A stretch of DNA of 64,000 nucleotides from an uncultured Bacillota bacterium (GCA_946611195.1 CAMODB010000003.1:5264-69263); one strand, 5' to 3'. Shown: positions 39,143 through 48,601, counted from the first letter of the stretch. The notes: generated by a model not told the origin, from the letters alone. Translations and numbers: made by a program.

Positions 39143-40144
39143 TTATAATAAATGAATATTTTCTTTCTTTAATTCTTCTAAATAATCTTCATTCCAGAAG
39201 GAAGCTTGAACTTCACCAATATGAACTTTCTTTAACATATAAAGACAGATTCTTGATTGACCAATTCCTCCACCAATAGTTAACGGTAGTTCATCATTTA
39301 AGATTTGTTTATGATACATGAATTCTAATTTATAATTTTCTTTCTTTTCGTCTAATTGTTTAATTAAACTATCTTTATTTACTCTAATGCCCATACTAGA
39401 TAATTCAAGACCAATATTAAGTGGTTCATACCATAATAATAAATCCCCATTTAATGACCAATCATCATAATCGGCAGCCCTACTATCATGTGGTTCACCA
39501 TCTTTTAATTTATTACCAATACCAATTAAAAAAACAGCTTTATGTTTTTTACAAATCGCATTTTCTCTTTCTTTTCTACTTAAATTAGGATATTGTTCTT
39601 CTAATTCTTCTGAAGTTATAAAAGTAATTTCTTTTGGTAAATCTTGATTTAACTTTGGATAATGTTTACTAACAATTTCTTCCGTTTCAAGAAGAGCTTC
39701 ATAAATTAAACGAACGGTTTCTTTTAAATAATTGATATTACGGTCTTCTTTTTTAATGACTTTTTCCCAGTCCCATTGGTCAACATAACAAGAATGAATA
39801 TTATCTAGTTCTTCAAATGGTCTTATCGCATTCATATCCGTATAAAGACCTTTATGAACGGCAATATCATATTTTTTTAAGGCATATCTTTTCCATTTAG
39901 CTAGAGATTGAACAATCTCTAGTCTTTTTTTACCATCTTGAAGAATAAAATCAACTGCTTTTTCTACTCCTGTTAAATTATCATTAAGACCAGTATTTGG
40001 ATCAACAAATAAGGGAGCGGATACACGAAGTAAATCTAATTTAGAAGCTAATTTCCTTTCAAAAGTATCTTTTACTAATTTAATCGCAATCTCCGTTTCT
40101 TGTAAAGATAACAAAGATTCATAATTTTTTACGTTATATTTCAT
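39143..40144 (-). CDS. asnA: Aspartate--ammonia ligase (asparagine synthetase A)
   Basis: 333 aa; LQETEIAIKLVKDTFE…, LRVSAPLF, class-II aaRS-like core GGGIGQSR. Confidence 0.9.
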   Translation of the reverse strand: MKYNVKNYESLLSLQETEIAIKLVKDTFERKLASKLDLLRVSAPLFVDPNTGLNDNLTGVEKAVDFILQDGKKRLEIVQSLAKWKRYALKKYDIAVHKGLYTDMNAIRPFEELDNIHSCYVDQWDWEKVIKKEDRNINYLKETVRLIYEALLETEEIVSKHYPKLNQDLPKEITFITSEELEEQYPNLSRKERENAICKKHKAVFLIGIGNKLKDGEPHDSRAADYDDWSLNGDLLLWYEPLNIGLELSSMGIRVNKDSLIKQLDEKKENYKLEFMYHKQILNDELPLTIGGGIGQSRICLYMLKKVHIGEVQASFWNEDYLEELKKENIHLL

Positions 40145-40150
40145 ATTAAC

Positions 40151-40708
40151 TCAACTTTCTATTTTTTTATAGACACTAATATCACATTCCAGCATTTTCA
40201 TTATCATACTTTCATCGATAGCATCCGTTAACGCATTATGTTTTTCTATATAAGAATAATCACCTGATAACATTTGATATATAGGTTGTACCCCATAATT
40301 CTTTTTTAATCTACCTGTTTTATAACATTCATATGTATAAGGAATAGCATTATTATATTGTCTATAAGCTGCTACTTGCATGATATCATACCAATTATAA
40401 TTCTTTAATTCACTTAAGATGCCTTGATCAAATAACGCATTATAGGCAAATAAATCTACTACTTCATAATCATTTAAGAATTTGATAAATTCATTAATAA
40501 TTATATCTCTTTTTTCTTCTAAACTCACTCTTACACCATCGAGATACAAAACATAACCAAACATCGAAGGTAAACTAGCTGCTGGTTGAATAACATAATA
40601 TCTCTTATCGATGATTTCGTAATTATCACTTTTAAGAATTACGGCCCCTAAAGACATTAATTCATTATAATAGTTGGTTTCCGTATCAATAACACATATT
40701 AATTTCAT
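40151..40708 (-). CDS. DEDDh-type 3'-5' exonuclease
   Basis: 185 aa; Exo I VIDTET, Exo II AYNALFD, Exo III HNALTDAID. Confidence 0.7.
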   Translation of the reverse strand: MKLICVIDTETNYYNELMSLGAVILKSDNYEIIDKRYYVIQPAASLPSMFGYVLYLDGVRVSLEEKRDIIINEFIKFLNDYEVVDLFAYNALFDQGILSELKNYNWYDIMQVAAYRQYNNAIPYTYECYKTGRLKKNYGVQPIYQMLSGDYSYIEKHNALTDAIDESMIMKMLECDISVYKKIES

Positions 40709-40710
40709 AA

Positions 40711-41046
40711 TTATAATTTATTATATTTGGTATTTCTACCTTTTGCTTTAGAAATAGGATATTTAATTTCATTTTTATCAATCTTTTTATTGATAATTTC
40801 ATCCTCATCTAAATCTAATTTATGAACTAAATCATAACAATAAATCATGACATCAGCTAATTCTTCTTTTACTTGTTCAAGATCATAATTATCTTCATCC
40901 CATTGAAAGCATTCTAATAATTCGGCAGCTTCAATATTAATGGATTTAGCTAAATTAGCTGGACTATGAAATTGATCCCAATCACGATCAGAAATGAATT
41001 TTAAAATTCTTTCTTTAGTTTGCTTGTTCATTATTTTTAGCCTCAA
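40711..41046 (-). CDS. MazG-like nucleotide pyrophosphohydrolase (YpjD-type)
   Basis: 111 aa; EAAELLECFQW…EELADVMIY all-alpha NTP-PPase motif. The alternative start ATG 41031 is also possible. Overlaps the PAP2 gene 3' end. Confidence 0.75.
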   Translation of the reverse strand: MRLKIMNKQTKERILKFISDRDWDQFHSPANLAKSINIEAAELLECFQWDEDNYDLEQVKEELADVMIYCYDLVHKLDLDEDEIINKKIDKNEIKYPISKAKGRNTKYNKL

Positions 41047-41908
41047 ATTTCTTTAAGATTAAATAAGCAATACCCATAAAGGCAAACGTAATTAGAGCGC
41101 CCATACTAACATCAGATAAATAATGAGCCCCTGCTAAGATTCTTGCAAAACCAACAAGTAAGGCATAAGCCATACTACCAATAAAGAATGGTAATTGCCA
41201 TTTAGTTAATTTATCACTAATTAGAGGGAATAATAAACATACAGCTGGTAAAACACAAGCACTACTCATATGTCCAGATGGGAAAGATTTAAATTCTTCT
41301 TTCGCAAAAGTAGAAAGTGTAGAATATGTATTTGGATCACAAATCTTATACCAAGGATAGAAATCAATACCTTCCCGAGATACAAAACGGAAACGAGGAC
41401 GTTGAACAATACCTTTTATGACATTAATACCTATCAAAATAGCCACTATTAACGCTAATGTAATAATCAATAATTTGAACCATAAATGTTTAATTTCTAA
41501 TTTCTTAACAAGATAAGTCCCAAACCAACAGCAACCAATCCATAATGGTGCAACAAATAAATAACCTAACCAAATATATTTTGAATTATCAAAACCATTA
41601 ACACCAAAAAATTCACGGCCACTGTAGAAGAAACTAATTGCTAAATTAACTAAACACAAAATAGCCCCTAATATTCTTAACCATAATTTATTATTTTTAT
41701 CAATTGTATAACTTAACCAAGCACCAGCCATAATGGAAACAACAAAATAACAAGGTAAAACCCCAATAACAGAAACACTTAACGCAAAAATATTGGTGCT
41801 AGACGCAATACTATTACTTAAATTATAATCAAAAAATGATCCTAAAATAAATAAAACAATAAATACAAAAATAGTAACTAAATAAGGAATTCTTAATTTC
41901 ATTTCCAA
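41015..41908 (-). CDS. PAP2-family membrane phosphatase
   Basis: 297 aa, polytopic; motifs SFPSGH and ARILAGAHYLSDV. Confidence 0.85.
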   Translation of the reverse strand: MEMKLRIPYLVTIFVFIVLFILGSFFDYNLSNSIASSTNIFALSVSVIGVLPCYFVVSIMAGAWLSYTIDKNNKLWLRILGAILCLVNLAISFFYSGREFFGVNGFDNSKYIWLGYLFVAPLWIGCCWFGTYLVKKLEIKHLWFKLLIITLALIVAILIGINVIKGIVQRPRFRFVSREGIDFYPWYKICDPNTYSTLSTFAKEEFKSFPSGHMSSACVLPAVCLLFPLISDKLTKWQLPFFIGSMAYALLVGFARILAGAHYLSDVSMGALITFAFMGIAYLILKKFEAKNNEQAN

Positions 41909-42444
41909 TAATCTTCTTTCTTTATAATATTTATAATAAGTTTAACACCATCATCACGGATTCCAGTTTTGTAATAATGAAAACCACATTTTTTTTGAAC
42001 ACGAGCACTTTGTTTATTATAATCAAAATGGGCACATAAAAGAAAATCCATTTTTAAAGTTTTAAAACAATAATCAATAACTGCTTTAACTGCTTCGGGC
42101 ATTAATCCTAATCCCCAATATGGTTTAGCTAAAACAAAGCCAAGACTACGTCCGGATAAAGAATTAAATTCCGGATGTTTTTCTTCATTATATTTTTCTA
42201 TTCCTAAACTACCAATTACTTTATTTTGATAACATACCGCAAAAGTCTTTTTTCCAGTTATAAAACGATCTAATATTTCTTTACTCTCAGTTATTGATTT
42301 ATGAGGAAGCCAGCCAGCCATTTGACCAACACCATCGACAGAAGCATATTCATTAAAATCATATAGATCTTCTTCTTTAAACATTCTTAAAACTAAACGA
42401 GGTGTTTTAAGTATTACATTAGTTAAATCGACATTAGTATTCAA
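41899..42444 (-). CDS. GNAT-family N-acetyltransferase (RimJ/RimL-like)
   Basis: 181 aa; TTG start 6 nt after a GGAGG RBS (42451-42455); LVLRMFKEEDLYDF… pattern. Confidence 0.75.
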   Translation of the reverse strand: MNTNVDLTNVILKTPRLVLRMFKEEDLYDFNEYASVDGVGQMAGWLPHKSITESKEILDRFITGKKTFAVCYQNKVIGSLGIEKYNEEKHPEFNSLSGRSLGFVLAKPYWGLGLMPEAVKAVIDYCFKTLKMDFLLCAHFDYNKQSARVQKKCGFHYYKTGIRDDGVKLIINIIKKEDYWK

Positions 42445-42470
42445 ATTCTACCTCCTCATTTATTTTGATA

Positions 42471-42545
42471 TGGCACCCCCAGTAGGAATCGAACCTACAG
42501 CACAAGAATCGGAATCTTGGATTTTATCCATTAAACTATGGGGGC
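42471..42545 (-). tRNA. tRNA-Arg (anticodon CCG), CCA encoded
   Basis: Hand-folded 75-nt cloverleaf: acceptor GCCCCCA/TGGGGGT, D-stem GTTT/AAAT with GG loop, anticodon stem CAAGA/TCTTG, loop TTCCGAT, T-arm GTAGG-TTCGATT-CCTAC, discriminator G + CCA. Confidence 0.9.
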
Positions 42546-42550
42546 ATATC

Positions 42551-43198
42551 TTATAAATCAAAATGATAATTAGTTAATTTATCAAAAGGAATTAATTTAA
42601 ATTCCATTTTCTCTTTACTAACCGGATGATTAAAAGCTAAATAATAAGCATCGAGAAAATAAGGTTTTTTAACATTATTACCATATAATGAATCGCCAAT
42701 TAAAGGATGATTATGATAAGCGAATTGCGCTCTTATTTGATGATAACGACCAGTTATTAATTCAATTTCTACTAAAGAAGTATTATTGTAAATATCAATT
42801 AATTGGTATTTAAGACAGGCAACTTTACCATTATCTTGTATATAAGCTTTTAATTCTTTTTCATTTTTATAAATTTTATCTTGATATTCACCTTTTTTAT
42901 CACAAATTCCATCAACGATTGCTAGATACTTCTTCTTAAATTCATGATTAATAATTTGTTCATTTAATCTTTTAGCCGCTTTTGATGTTCTTGCGAAAAC
43001 CATTATGCCACTTGTATTACGATCTAAACGGTGCACAAGGCCTAAATAAACATTACCAGGTTTTTGATATTTAATTTTAATATATTCTTTAACCATCGTT
43101 AATAAATCCAAATCACCAGTTTTATCTTCTTGGGAAAGAATACCTCTTTCTTTATAAACAACAATGATTTGATTATCTTCATAAAGGATATTTAACAT
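42551..43198 (-). CDS. RluA-family pseudouridine synthase
   Basis: 215 aa; HRLDRNTSGIMVFA catalytic motif, GRYHQIRAQ. Confidence 0.88.
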   Translation of the reverse strand: MLNILYEDNQIIVVYKERGILSQEDKTGDLDLLTMVKEYIKIKYQKPGNVYLGLVHRLDRNTSGIMVFARTSKAAKRLNEQIINHEFKKKYLAIVDGICDKKGEYQDKIYKNEKELKAYIQDNGKVACLKYQLIDIYNNTSLVEIELITGRYHQIRAQFAYHNHPLIGDSLYGNNVKKPYFLDAYYLAFNHPVSKEKMEFKLIPFDKLTNYHFDL

Positions 43199-43332
43199 AT
43201 AATCACCAACTATACTTTATTATTATACAATATTTTTTCGATTCTTGCAAGAAATAATTATTATATTTTATAGTTAGCAATAACTAATAAAATTTATATA
43301 TTTTATTATGTAATTTTTTCCTATCATTTCAT

Positions 43333-43361
43333 TTGAAAATTCTATTTTATTGTGTTATAAT
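43333..43361 (+). promoter_or_regulatory. Predicted sigma-A promoter TTGAAA-17-TGtTATAAT for the HTH gene
   Basis: TTGAAA 43333-43338, 17-nt spacer, TG 43353-43354, TATAAT 43356-43361. AAAGGAGG RBS before ATG 43395. Confidence 0.75.
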
Positions 43362-43394
43362 CTTTGTACAATCGATAAATAAAGGAGGCATAAT

Positions 43395-43985
43395 ATGGAA
43401 AAAAAGCCTTTAGCAAATGATGCGGTAAATCTTGATGAATTTACCTTAAACGAAAAACCCCGTAAATTATCGAAGACTGAAAAGAAAAAACTACGTGTAA
43501 TTACTAAATTGATTCAAGGGGAAATAAATGGTACCCAAGCAGCAGAAAAATTAGGAATTACAACTCGTCAAGTAAGAAACTTAAAACGTCAAGTTTTAAA
43601 TGAAGGTCAAGAAGGAGTTATTCATAAAAATCGAAATTATAAACCATATAATACTTATGATGAAGAAGTTGGTATCTTTGTATGTAAACTATATCGTCGT
43701 AGTTATCGTGGTACAAACTTTTCGGAATTTGCACGTATTTGTGAAGAAGAATATGGTATTTTAGCTTCAAGAAGTACAATTTATAATTTCTTAAGAAAAG
43801 GTCATATTCGTTCGCCACAAAGAAAAGCAAAGAAACGTAAAGTTATTTCCTACGATGATCAAGGTAATAAGATTATTCAAATTGTTAGGGTTTATGATCG
43901 TAAAACTATCAATAATCCATCAGGTAAAAAAGTCGTAGCTTCTACTACTGTTAAACCTGCCAGAAAGCCAAGAAACTCTAAATAA
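43395..43985 (+). CDS. Stand-alone HTH protein equivalent to the N-terminal DNA-binding region of an ISNCY-like transposase (no DDE domain)
   Basis: 196 aa. LRVITKLIQGEINGTQAAEKLGITTRQVRNLKRQVLNEGQEGVIHKNRNYKP…FSEFARICEEEYGILASRSTIYNFLRKGHIRSPQRKAKKRK follows the HTH-HTH layout that precedes the rve/DDE core in such transposases. It ends in an unrelated basic tail. No IRs or catalytic domain seen. Confidence 0.6.
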   Translation: MEKKPLANDAVNLDEFTLNEKPRKLSKTEKKKLRVITKLIQGEINGTQAAEKLGITTRQVRNLKRQVLNEGQEGVIHKNRNYKPYNTYDEEVGIFVCKLYRRSYRGTNFSEFARICEEEYGILASRSTIYNFLRKGHIRSPQRKAKKRKVISYDDQGNKIIQIVRVYDRKTINNPSGKKVVASTTVKPARKPRNSK

Positions 43986-44003
43986 TTTATTTAGAGTTTT
44001 TTT
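43976..44003 (+). terminator. Weak AT-rich terminator overlapping the HTH gene stop, 15 nt before ispG
   Basis: Stem ctctaaataa (43976-43985) / ttatttagag (43987-43996) followed by T7 (43997-44003). Confidence 0.6.
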
Positions 44004-44018
44004 ATAAAGGAATAAAAT

Positions 44019-45077
44019 ATGCGAAATAAAAAAATAATTAAACTTGGTAATGTCTTAATTGGTGGTAATCATAAAATAGCTATCCAATCAATGACTAATA
44101 CGCCAACAAAAGATATTAAAAAAACTATCGAACAAATACTAAAATTAGAAAAATTAGGTTGTGAAATCATTCGTGTTGCTTGTTTAGATATGGAAGATGC
44201 AACCGCAATCAAAGAAATAAAGAAAGGAATTCATATTCCCCTTGTTGCCGATATTCATTTTGATTATCGTTTAGCAATCGCCGCTATCGAAAGTGGTGCT
44301 GATAAAATTAGAATCAATCCCGGTAATATCGGTAGCGATGAAAATGTTAAAAAAGTCATTGATAAAGCTAAAGAATATCAAATTCCTATTCGTATAGGTA
44401 TCAATAGTGGTTCATTAGAAAAAGATTTACTACAAAAATATGGTCATGTGACAAGTCTTGCCTTAATCGAATCCATGGAAAGAAAAGTAAAATTAATAGA
44501 ATCCTTTGGTTTTACAAGTCTTGTCTTAAGTATTAAAGCTACTGATATCGAAACAACCTTAGAAGTAAATAGACTTCTTGATCAAAAATTTCCGTATCCT
44601 ATTCATATCGGTTTAACGGAATCCGGAACTCTTCTTTCTGGTTCAATTCGTTCTAGTTATTGTCTTGGTACCTTATTAAATGAACAAATTGGCGATACAA
44701 TTCGCGTAAGTTTAAATGGTGACCCTTGTAAAGAAATACCTACCGTTAAAGAAATACTTTCTATGCATAATTTATATACTAAACCTACACTTATTTGTTG
44801 TCCAACCTGTGGTAGAACTAAATATGATATGGTAAAAGTAGTCGATGAAATCGATTCATTCTTACAAACCCTTAATTCCAATATTAAAGTTGCGATAATG
44901 GGGTGTGTTGTAAATGGTCCAGGCGAAGCTAGAGAAGCTGATCTAGGTATTGCTGGTGGTGATGGGGTTGGTTTAATCTTTAAAAAAGGTGAAATTATAA
45001 AAAAATGTAAAGAAGATGAATTAGTATCTGAATTAAAAAAAGAAATTCTATCATTAATAAAACAAACTGCTGAATAA
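44019..45077 (+). CDS. ispG: 4-hydroxy-3-methylbut-2-enyl diphosphate synthase (MEP pathway)
   Basis: 352 aa; GcpE pattern IAIQSMTNT, RVACLD, IRINPGN, Fe-S cysteines CPTCGR…GCVVNGPGE. Confidence 0.93.
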   Translation: MRNKKIIKLGNVLIGGNHKIAIQSMTNTPTKDIKKTIEQILKLEKLGCEIIRVACLDMEDATAIKEIKKGIHIPLVADIHFDYRLAIAAIESGADKIRINPGNIGSDENVKKVIDKAKEYQIPIRIGINSGSLEKDLLQKYGHVTSLALIESMERKVKLIESFGFTSLVLSIKATDIETTLEVNRLLDQKFPYPIHIGLTESGTLLSGSIRSSYCLGTLLNEQIGDTIRVSLNGDPCKEIPTVKEILSMHNLYTKPTLICCPTCGRTKYDMVKVVDEIDSFLQTLNSNIKVAIMGCVVNGPGEAREADLGIAGGDGVGLIFKKGEIIKKCKEDELVSELKKEILSLIKQTAE

Positions 45078-45095
45078 TTAATTCAGCAGTTTTTA
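45064..45095. terminator. Bidirectional terminator between convergent ispG and DEAD-box helicase gene
   Basis: Stem (aa)actgctgaat (45066-45075) / attcagcagt(tt) (45081-45090), then ttttaattt. Confidence 0.8.
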
Positions 45096-45097
45096 AT

Positions 45098-46450
45098 TTA
45101 TTCAAAATCTTCTTCACGTTGTTTTTTAGCCCGATTTTTATAAATATCTTTAATATGTTGTTTTCTTTCTTGACGAATCTTTTTATTGATTTCTTCCATT
45201 CTTTTCTTTTTATAACCAGGTTTAACTTTTTTTGGTACTCTTACTTTCATATGGGCATCAATTTCAATTTGTTTCATGACACTAGTTGTTTTTTTAACTG
45301 GTTTTTCCATCTTAGTTTGCACTAAGGAATTATCAACAATTTTAACAAATTTAACAATTAAGCCTTTTTCTCTTAATTTCTTAATATATTCGTCATCATC
45401 ATAACTATATAAAGTATATGCTTGACCTGTTCGATCAAAACGGGCAGTCCGACCAGTTCGATGAATATAGAATTCAATATCTTTTGGCAAATCAAAATTA
45501 ATTACATGACTTACACCATCAATATCGATACCTCTTGCTGCTATATCACTTGCTACAAAGATAGGATATTCTAGATTACGAATTCTTTTTATCATTTGCA
45601 TACGTTCACGCGATTCCATATCCGCATGAAGTTTTCCTACCTTATATCCATTTTGCGCTAAAACCATTGCTAAATGATCAACATCTTCTTTTTTGTTTGC
45701 AAATATTATACAAAGATAAGGATTAATAATTTTAAGTAAATCTAATAACACTTCTTCTTTATCTCTTGCTTTACATTGCAACATTAAATGTTCAATATTA
45801 GTTTTCGTTAAATTCTTTTCTTTTAGACTAATTGTTTCAATATTAGTAAAATATCGCGATAAAAATGTCTTTAATCCGTTAGACATTGTAGCTGAAAAGA
45901 TTAAAAATGAAGGGAAAGAAACAAATTTAGCCATTAAATGATCTACTTCTTCTAATTCTCTTTGTTCAAAAATCATATCAGCTTCATCAATTATTACCAT
46001 TTTAGCATCATGAATTTTTAAAATATTTTCATTAATTACTAAATCATGTAAACGACCAATTGTTCCAATAACAATTTGCGGTTTTAATTTTTCAATTTTA
46101 TTTAATTCGTTAAGTCTATCAAGCCCGCCATAAGCTTTATAAATAGAAATCGGTTTAGGACTAAATTTACTTATTTGCATGGCACATGCATATAATTGTT
46201 CACTTAATTCTCGAGTTGGTGAAATAATTACTGCTTGACAATTAGGATTATTTTCTTCTAAATTTTGAAAAATAGGAATTAAGAAAGCATGAGTTTTGCC
46301 ACTACCGGTGGCAGATTCTACCATCAAATTATTAAGCTTAATAGCTTTCGGCAAAACTTCTTTCTGAACTGGGGTAGGTGATGTAAAATGTAATTCATTT
46401 AACGCGTCATACAAATATGGTTTTAAACGAAAATCTTTAAAACTACTCAT
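45098..46450 (-). CDS. DEAD-box ATP-dependent RNA helicase (CshB-like, basic C-terminal tail)
   Basis: 450 aa; Q motif region, ATGSGKT, DEAD (IIDEADMIF), SAT, HRTGRTAR. Confidence 0.92.
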   Translation of the reverse strand: MSSFKDFRLKPYLYDALNELHFTSPTPVQKEVLPKAIKLNNLMVESATGSGKTHAFLIPIFQNLEENNPNCQAVIISPTRELSEQLYACAMQISKFSPKPISIYKAYGGLDRLNELNKIEKLKPQIVIGTIGRLHDLVINENILKIHDAKMVIIDEADMIFEQRELEEVDHLMAKFVSFPSFLIFSATMSNGLKTFLSRYFTNIETISLKEKNLTKTNIEHLMLQCKARDKEEVLLDLLKIINPYLCIIFANKKEDVDHLAMVLAQNGYKVGKLHADMESRERMQMIKRIRNLEYPIFVASDIAARGIDIDGVSHVINFDLPKDIEFYIHRTGRTARFDRTGQAYTLYSYDDDEYIKKLREKGLIVKFVKIVDNSLVQTKMEKPVKKTTSVMKQIEIDAHMKVRVPKKVKPGYKKKRMEEINKKIRQERKQHIKDIYKNRAKKQREEDFE

Positions 46451-47741
46451 GATTTACCACCTTTCCAAAGACTATTCCATCTTTATATTCAATAACTTCT
46501 ACATCAATAAGATCATTTTCTTTTAGTTCTTTACCATTAAAATACAAATCTAAATAATTAGTAGTATGTCCATGATAAAAATCATTCTTTTTATTTTCGA
46601 CAATTACTTTAAAGGTTTTTCCAATTTGTCGATTAAGATATTCTATCTTTAATTCTTCCGCAATCTTTAATAATTCATGGCAGCGAATATTTTTTATTTT
46701 TTCATCGAGATGACCACTCATTTCATCAGCTTCCGTTCCTTTTCTTCTGGAATAAGGGAAAATATGCATTTCATAAAAGCCTACTTTTTTAATAAAAGAA
46801 CATAATTCATTAAATTCTTCTTCAGTTTCCCCGACAAAACCAGCTAGAACATCAGTTGTTAAAGCTACATCACCAAATTTATTTCTTAATTTTAAAATTG
46901 TTTCATAATATTCATTGGTGTTATATTTACGATGCATTCTTTGTAAAACTGTATCGCTACCACCTTGTAAAGGAATATGGAAATGATGAGCTATTCTTTC
47001 CTTATATTTATAGATTGTATCAATTAATTCATCAGTTATTTCTTTTAATTCAATACTAGATAATCTTAAACGATATAAAGTTGTTTCCTTCATAATTCTT
47101 TCAATCAATTTAGCTAAATTCATATTCTCTAAATCTTGACCATAAGTACCAGTATTAATACCACTAATGATAATTTCTTTGACACCACTATTTACTAATT
47201 CATTAATTTCTAAAATAATATTATCCGCATTACGACTTCTTATTTTACCTCTTGAATAAGGAATAGCACAATAAGAACAATAATTTTCACAACCATCTTG
47301 AATCTTAATAAAGCCTCTAGTGTGGGTGTTGAGTCTATTGATTTTCATTTCTTCATATTTTGGTTTATTTAAAACATCAGAAATTAAAGTTATTTGTCTT
47401 TTATTTTCCAAATATGATTTAATTAAAGATACAATTTGTAATTTATTATTACTACCAACAACAATATCAGCTAAATTAGCAGCAACACTAGGATTAAGTT
47501 GGGTAAAACAACCCATTGCGACAACCAAAGAATCGGGATTCTTTCTTTTTGCACTTCTAATCATTTGACGTGATTTTTGATCGGATGTCGAAGTAACGGT
47601 ACAAGTATTAATAATATAAATATCACATTTTTCATTAAAAGGTTTATAAAGATAACCAGCTTTTTTTAGTTCATTAATCAAAGCTTCTGATTCATAACTA
47701 TTTACTTTACAGCCAAGGGTTAAAATACTAAAACTAAACAT
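46443..47741 (-). CDS. mtaB: Radical-SAM methylthiotransferase MtaB (MiaB-like)
   Basis: Start at ATG 47741-47739 overlapping the rsmE stop. LTLGCKVNSYES, radical SAM CENYCSYC, C-terminal TRAM-like region. rsmE-mtaB synteny as in Bacillus. Confidence 0.85.
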   Translation of the reverse strand: MFSFSILTLGCKVNSYESEALINELKKAGYLYKPFNEKCDIYIINTCTVTSTSDQKSRQMIRSAKRKNPDSLVVAMGCFTQLNPSVAANLADIVVGSNNKLQIVSLIKSYLENKRQITLISDVLNKPKYEEMKINRLNTHTRGFIKIQDGCENYCSYCAIPYSRGKIRSRNADNIILEINELVNSGVKEIIISGINTGTYGQDLENMNLAKLIERIMKETTLYRLRLSSIELKEITDELIDTIYKYKERIAHHFHIPLQGGSDTVLQRMHRKYNTNEYYETILKLRNKFGDVALTTDVLAGFVGETEEEFNELCSFIKKVGFYEMHIFPYSRRKGTEADEMSGHLDEKIKNIRCHELLKIAEELKIEYLNRQIGKTFKVIVENKKNDFYHGHTTNYLDLYFNGKELKENDLIDVEVIEYKDGIVFGKVVNHE

Positions 47742-48480
47742 CCGTATCACCCCATTCATAAGCTAGATAGGACATAGCCGCAAAACAAGCCATTTGCGTT
47801 CTTAAAATCCTTTTACCCAAACCAATAGGATAGAAATTATTATCTTTAAGTACTTGTACTTCTTTTTCACTTATTCCCCCTTCTGGGCCAATAAGAATGA
47901 GAACTTTATGATATTGTTTTGTTCTTAAAATCTCTTTTAAACTTAAATCTTCTTTGGTTTTTTCATACGCAAAAAGACATAAATCAAATTCTTTACTAAA
48001 TTTTAGGAAATCTTTAAAAGAAACAAAAGGAAGGACCTTCATAATTTGATTACGATGGGATTGTTCACTAGCTTCTTTACTTATTTTATTTAATCTTTCA
48101 TTTTTATCTTTATTGATTTTATCTAAATGAATGAGACTTCTTTCCATATCTACACCAAGATAGGAAGTAGCTCCCATTTCACAAACACCATCAATAACGA
48201 GTTCCATTTTTTCTTTTCTGACTAAGCCTTGAGCTAAACAGACTTCAAAAGGTAAATTTTTATCTTCTTTTATTTCTTCTTTAATTTCTACTTCAATCAT
48301 TTCTTTTTCTATTTTTGTTAAAGAAACTAAATAAGTAATTTTTTCATCACATAAATAGATTAAATTACCTTCTCTCATTCGCATTACATTTGTTATATGA
48401 TGGAGAATTTCTTTATCAAATAAATAAAGAGATGGTTTATTTATTTCATATTTAGTATTATTAATAAAATATCTTTGCAT
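47734..48480 (-). CDS. rsmE: 16S rRNA (uracil1498-N3)-methyltransferase RsmE
   Basis: 248 aa; MQRYFI…, HHITNVMRM, GPEGGISEKE, LGKRILRTQ. Confidence 0.9.
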   Translation of the reverse strand: MQRYFINNTKYEINKPSLYLFDKEILHHITNVMRMREGNLIYLCDEKITYLVSLTKIEKEMIEVEIKEEIKEDKNLPFEVCLAQGLVRKEKMELVIDGVCEMGATSYLGVDMERSLIHLDKINKDKNERLNKISKEASEQSHRNQIMKVLPFVSFKDFLKFSKEFDLCLFAYEKTKEDLSLKEILRTKQYHKVLILIGPEGGISEKEVQVLKDNNFYPIGLGKRILRTQMACFAAMSYLAYEWGDTDV

Positions 48481-48514
48481 AAAGATACCACCAATTCTAT
48501 AAAATCTATAATAT

Positions 48515-48542
48515 ATTATATCAAATTACAACATCTTTTGAA
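48515..48542 (-). promoter_or_regulatory. Predicted promoter TTCAAA-16-TGaTATAAT for rsmE-mtaB-helicase operon
   Basis: Minus-strand TTCAAA (48542-48537), 16-nt spacer, TG-extended TATAAT (48520-48515). GGTGG RBS before ATG 48480. Confidence 0.55.
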
Positions 48543-48561
48543 GTCTTTTTGAATATAAGAA

Positions 48562-48592
48562 AAGTGTTTAGTATAATTAATACTAAACACTT
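48562..48592 (-). terminator. Rho-independent terminator after the large surface-protein gene
   Basis: 13-bp stem aagtgtttagtat (48562-48574) / atactaaacactt (48580-48592), loop aatta. Confidence 0.7.
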
Positions 48593-48601
48593 ATTATTTA
48601 A

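Noticed and set aside
43395-43985. Possible active insertion sequence next to tRNA-Arg/rluA
   Set aside because: Only the HTH part of a transposase is present. There is no DDE/rve domain, no terminal inverted repeats and no target duplication that I can see. Treated as a remnant or domesticated gene instead.
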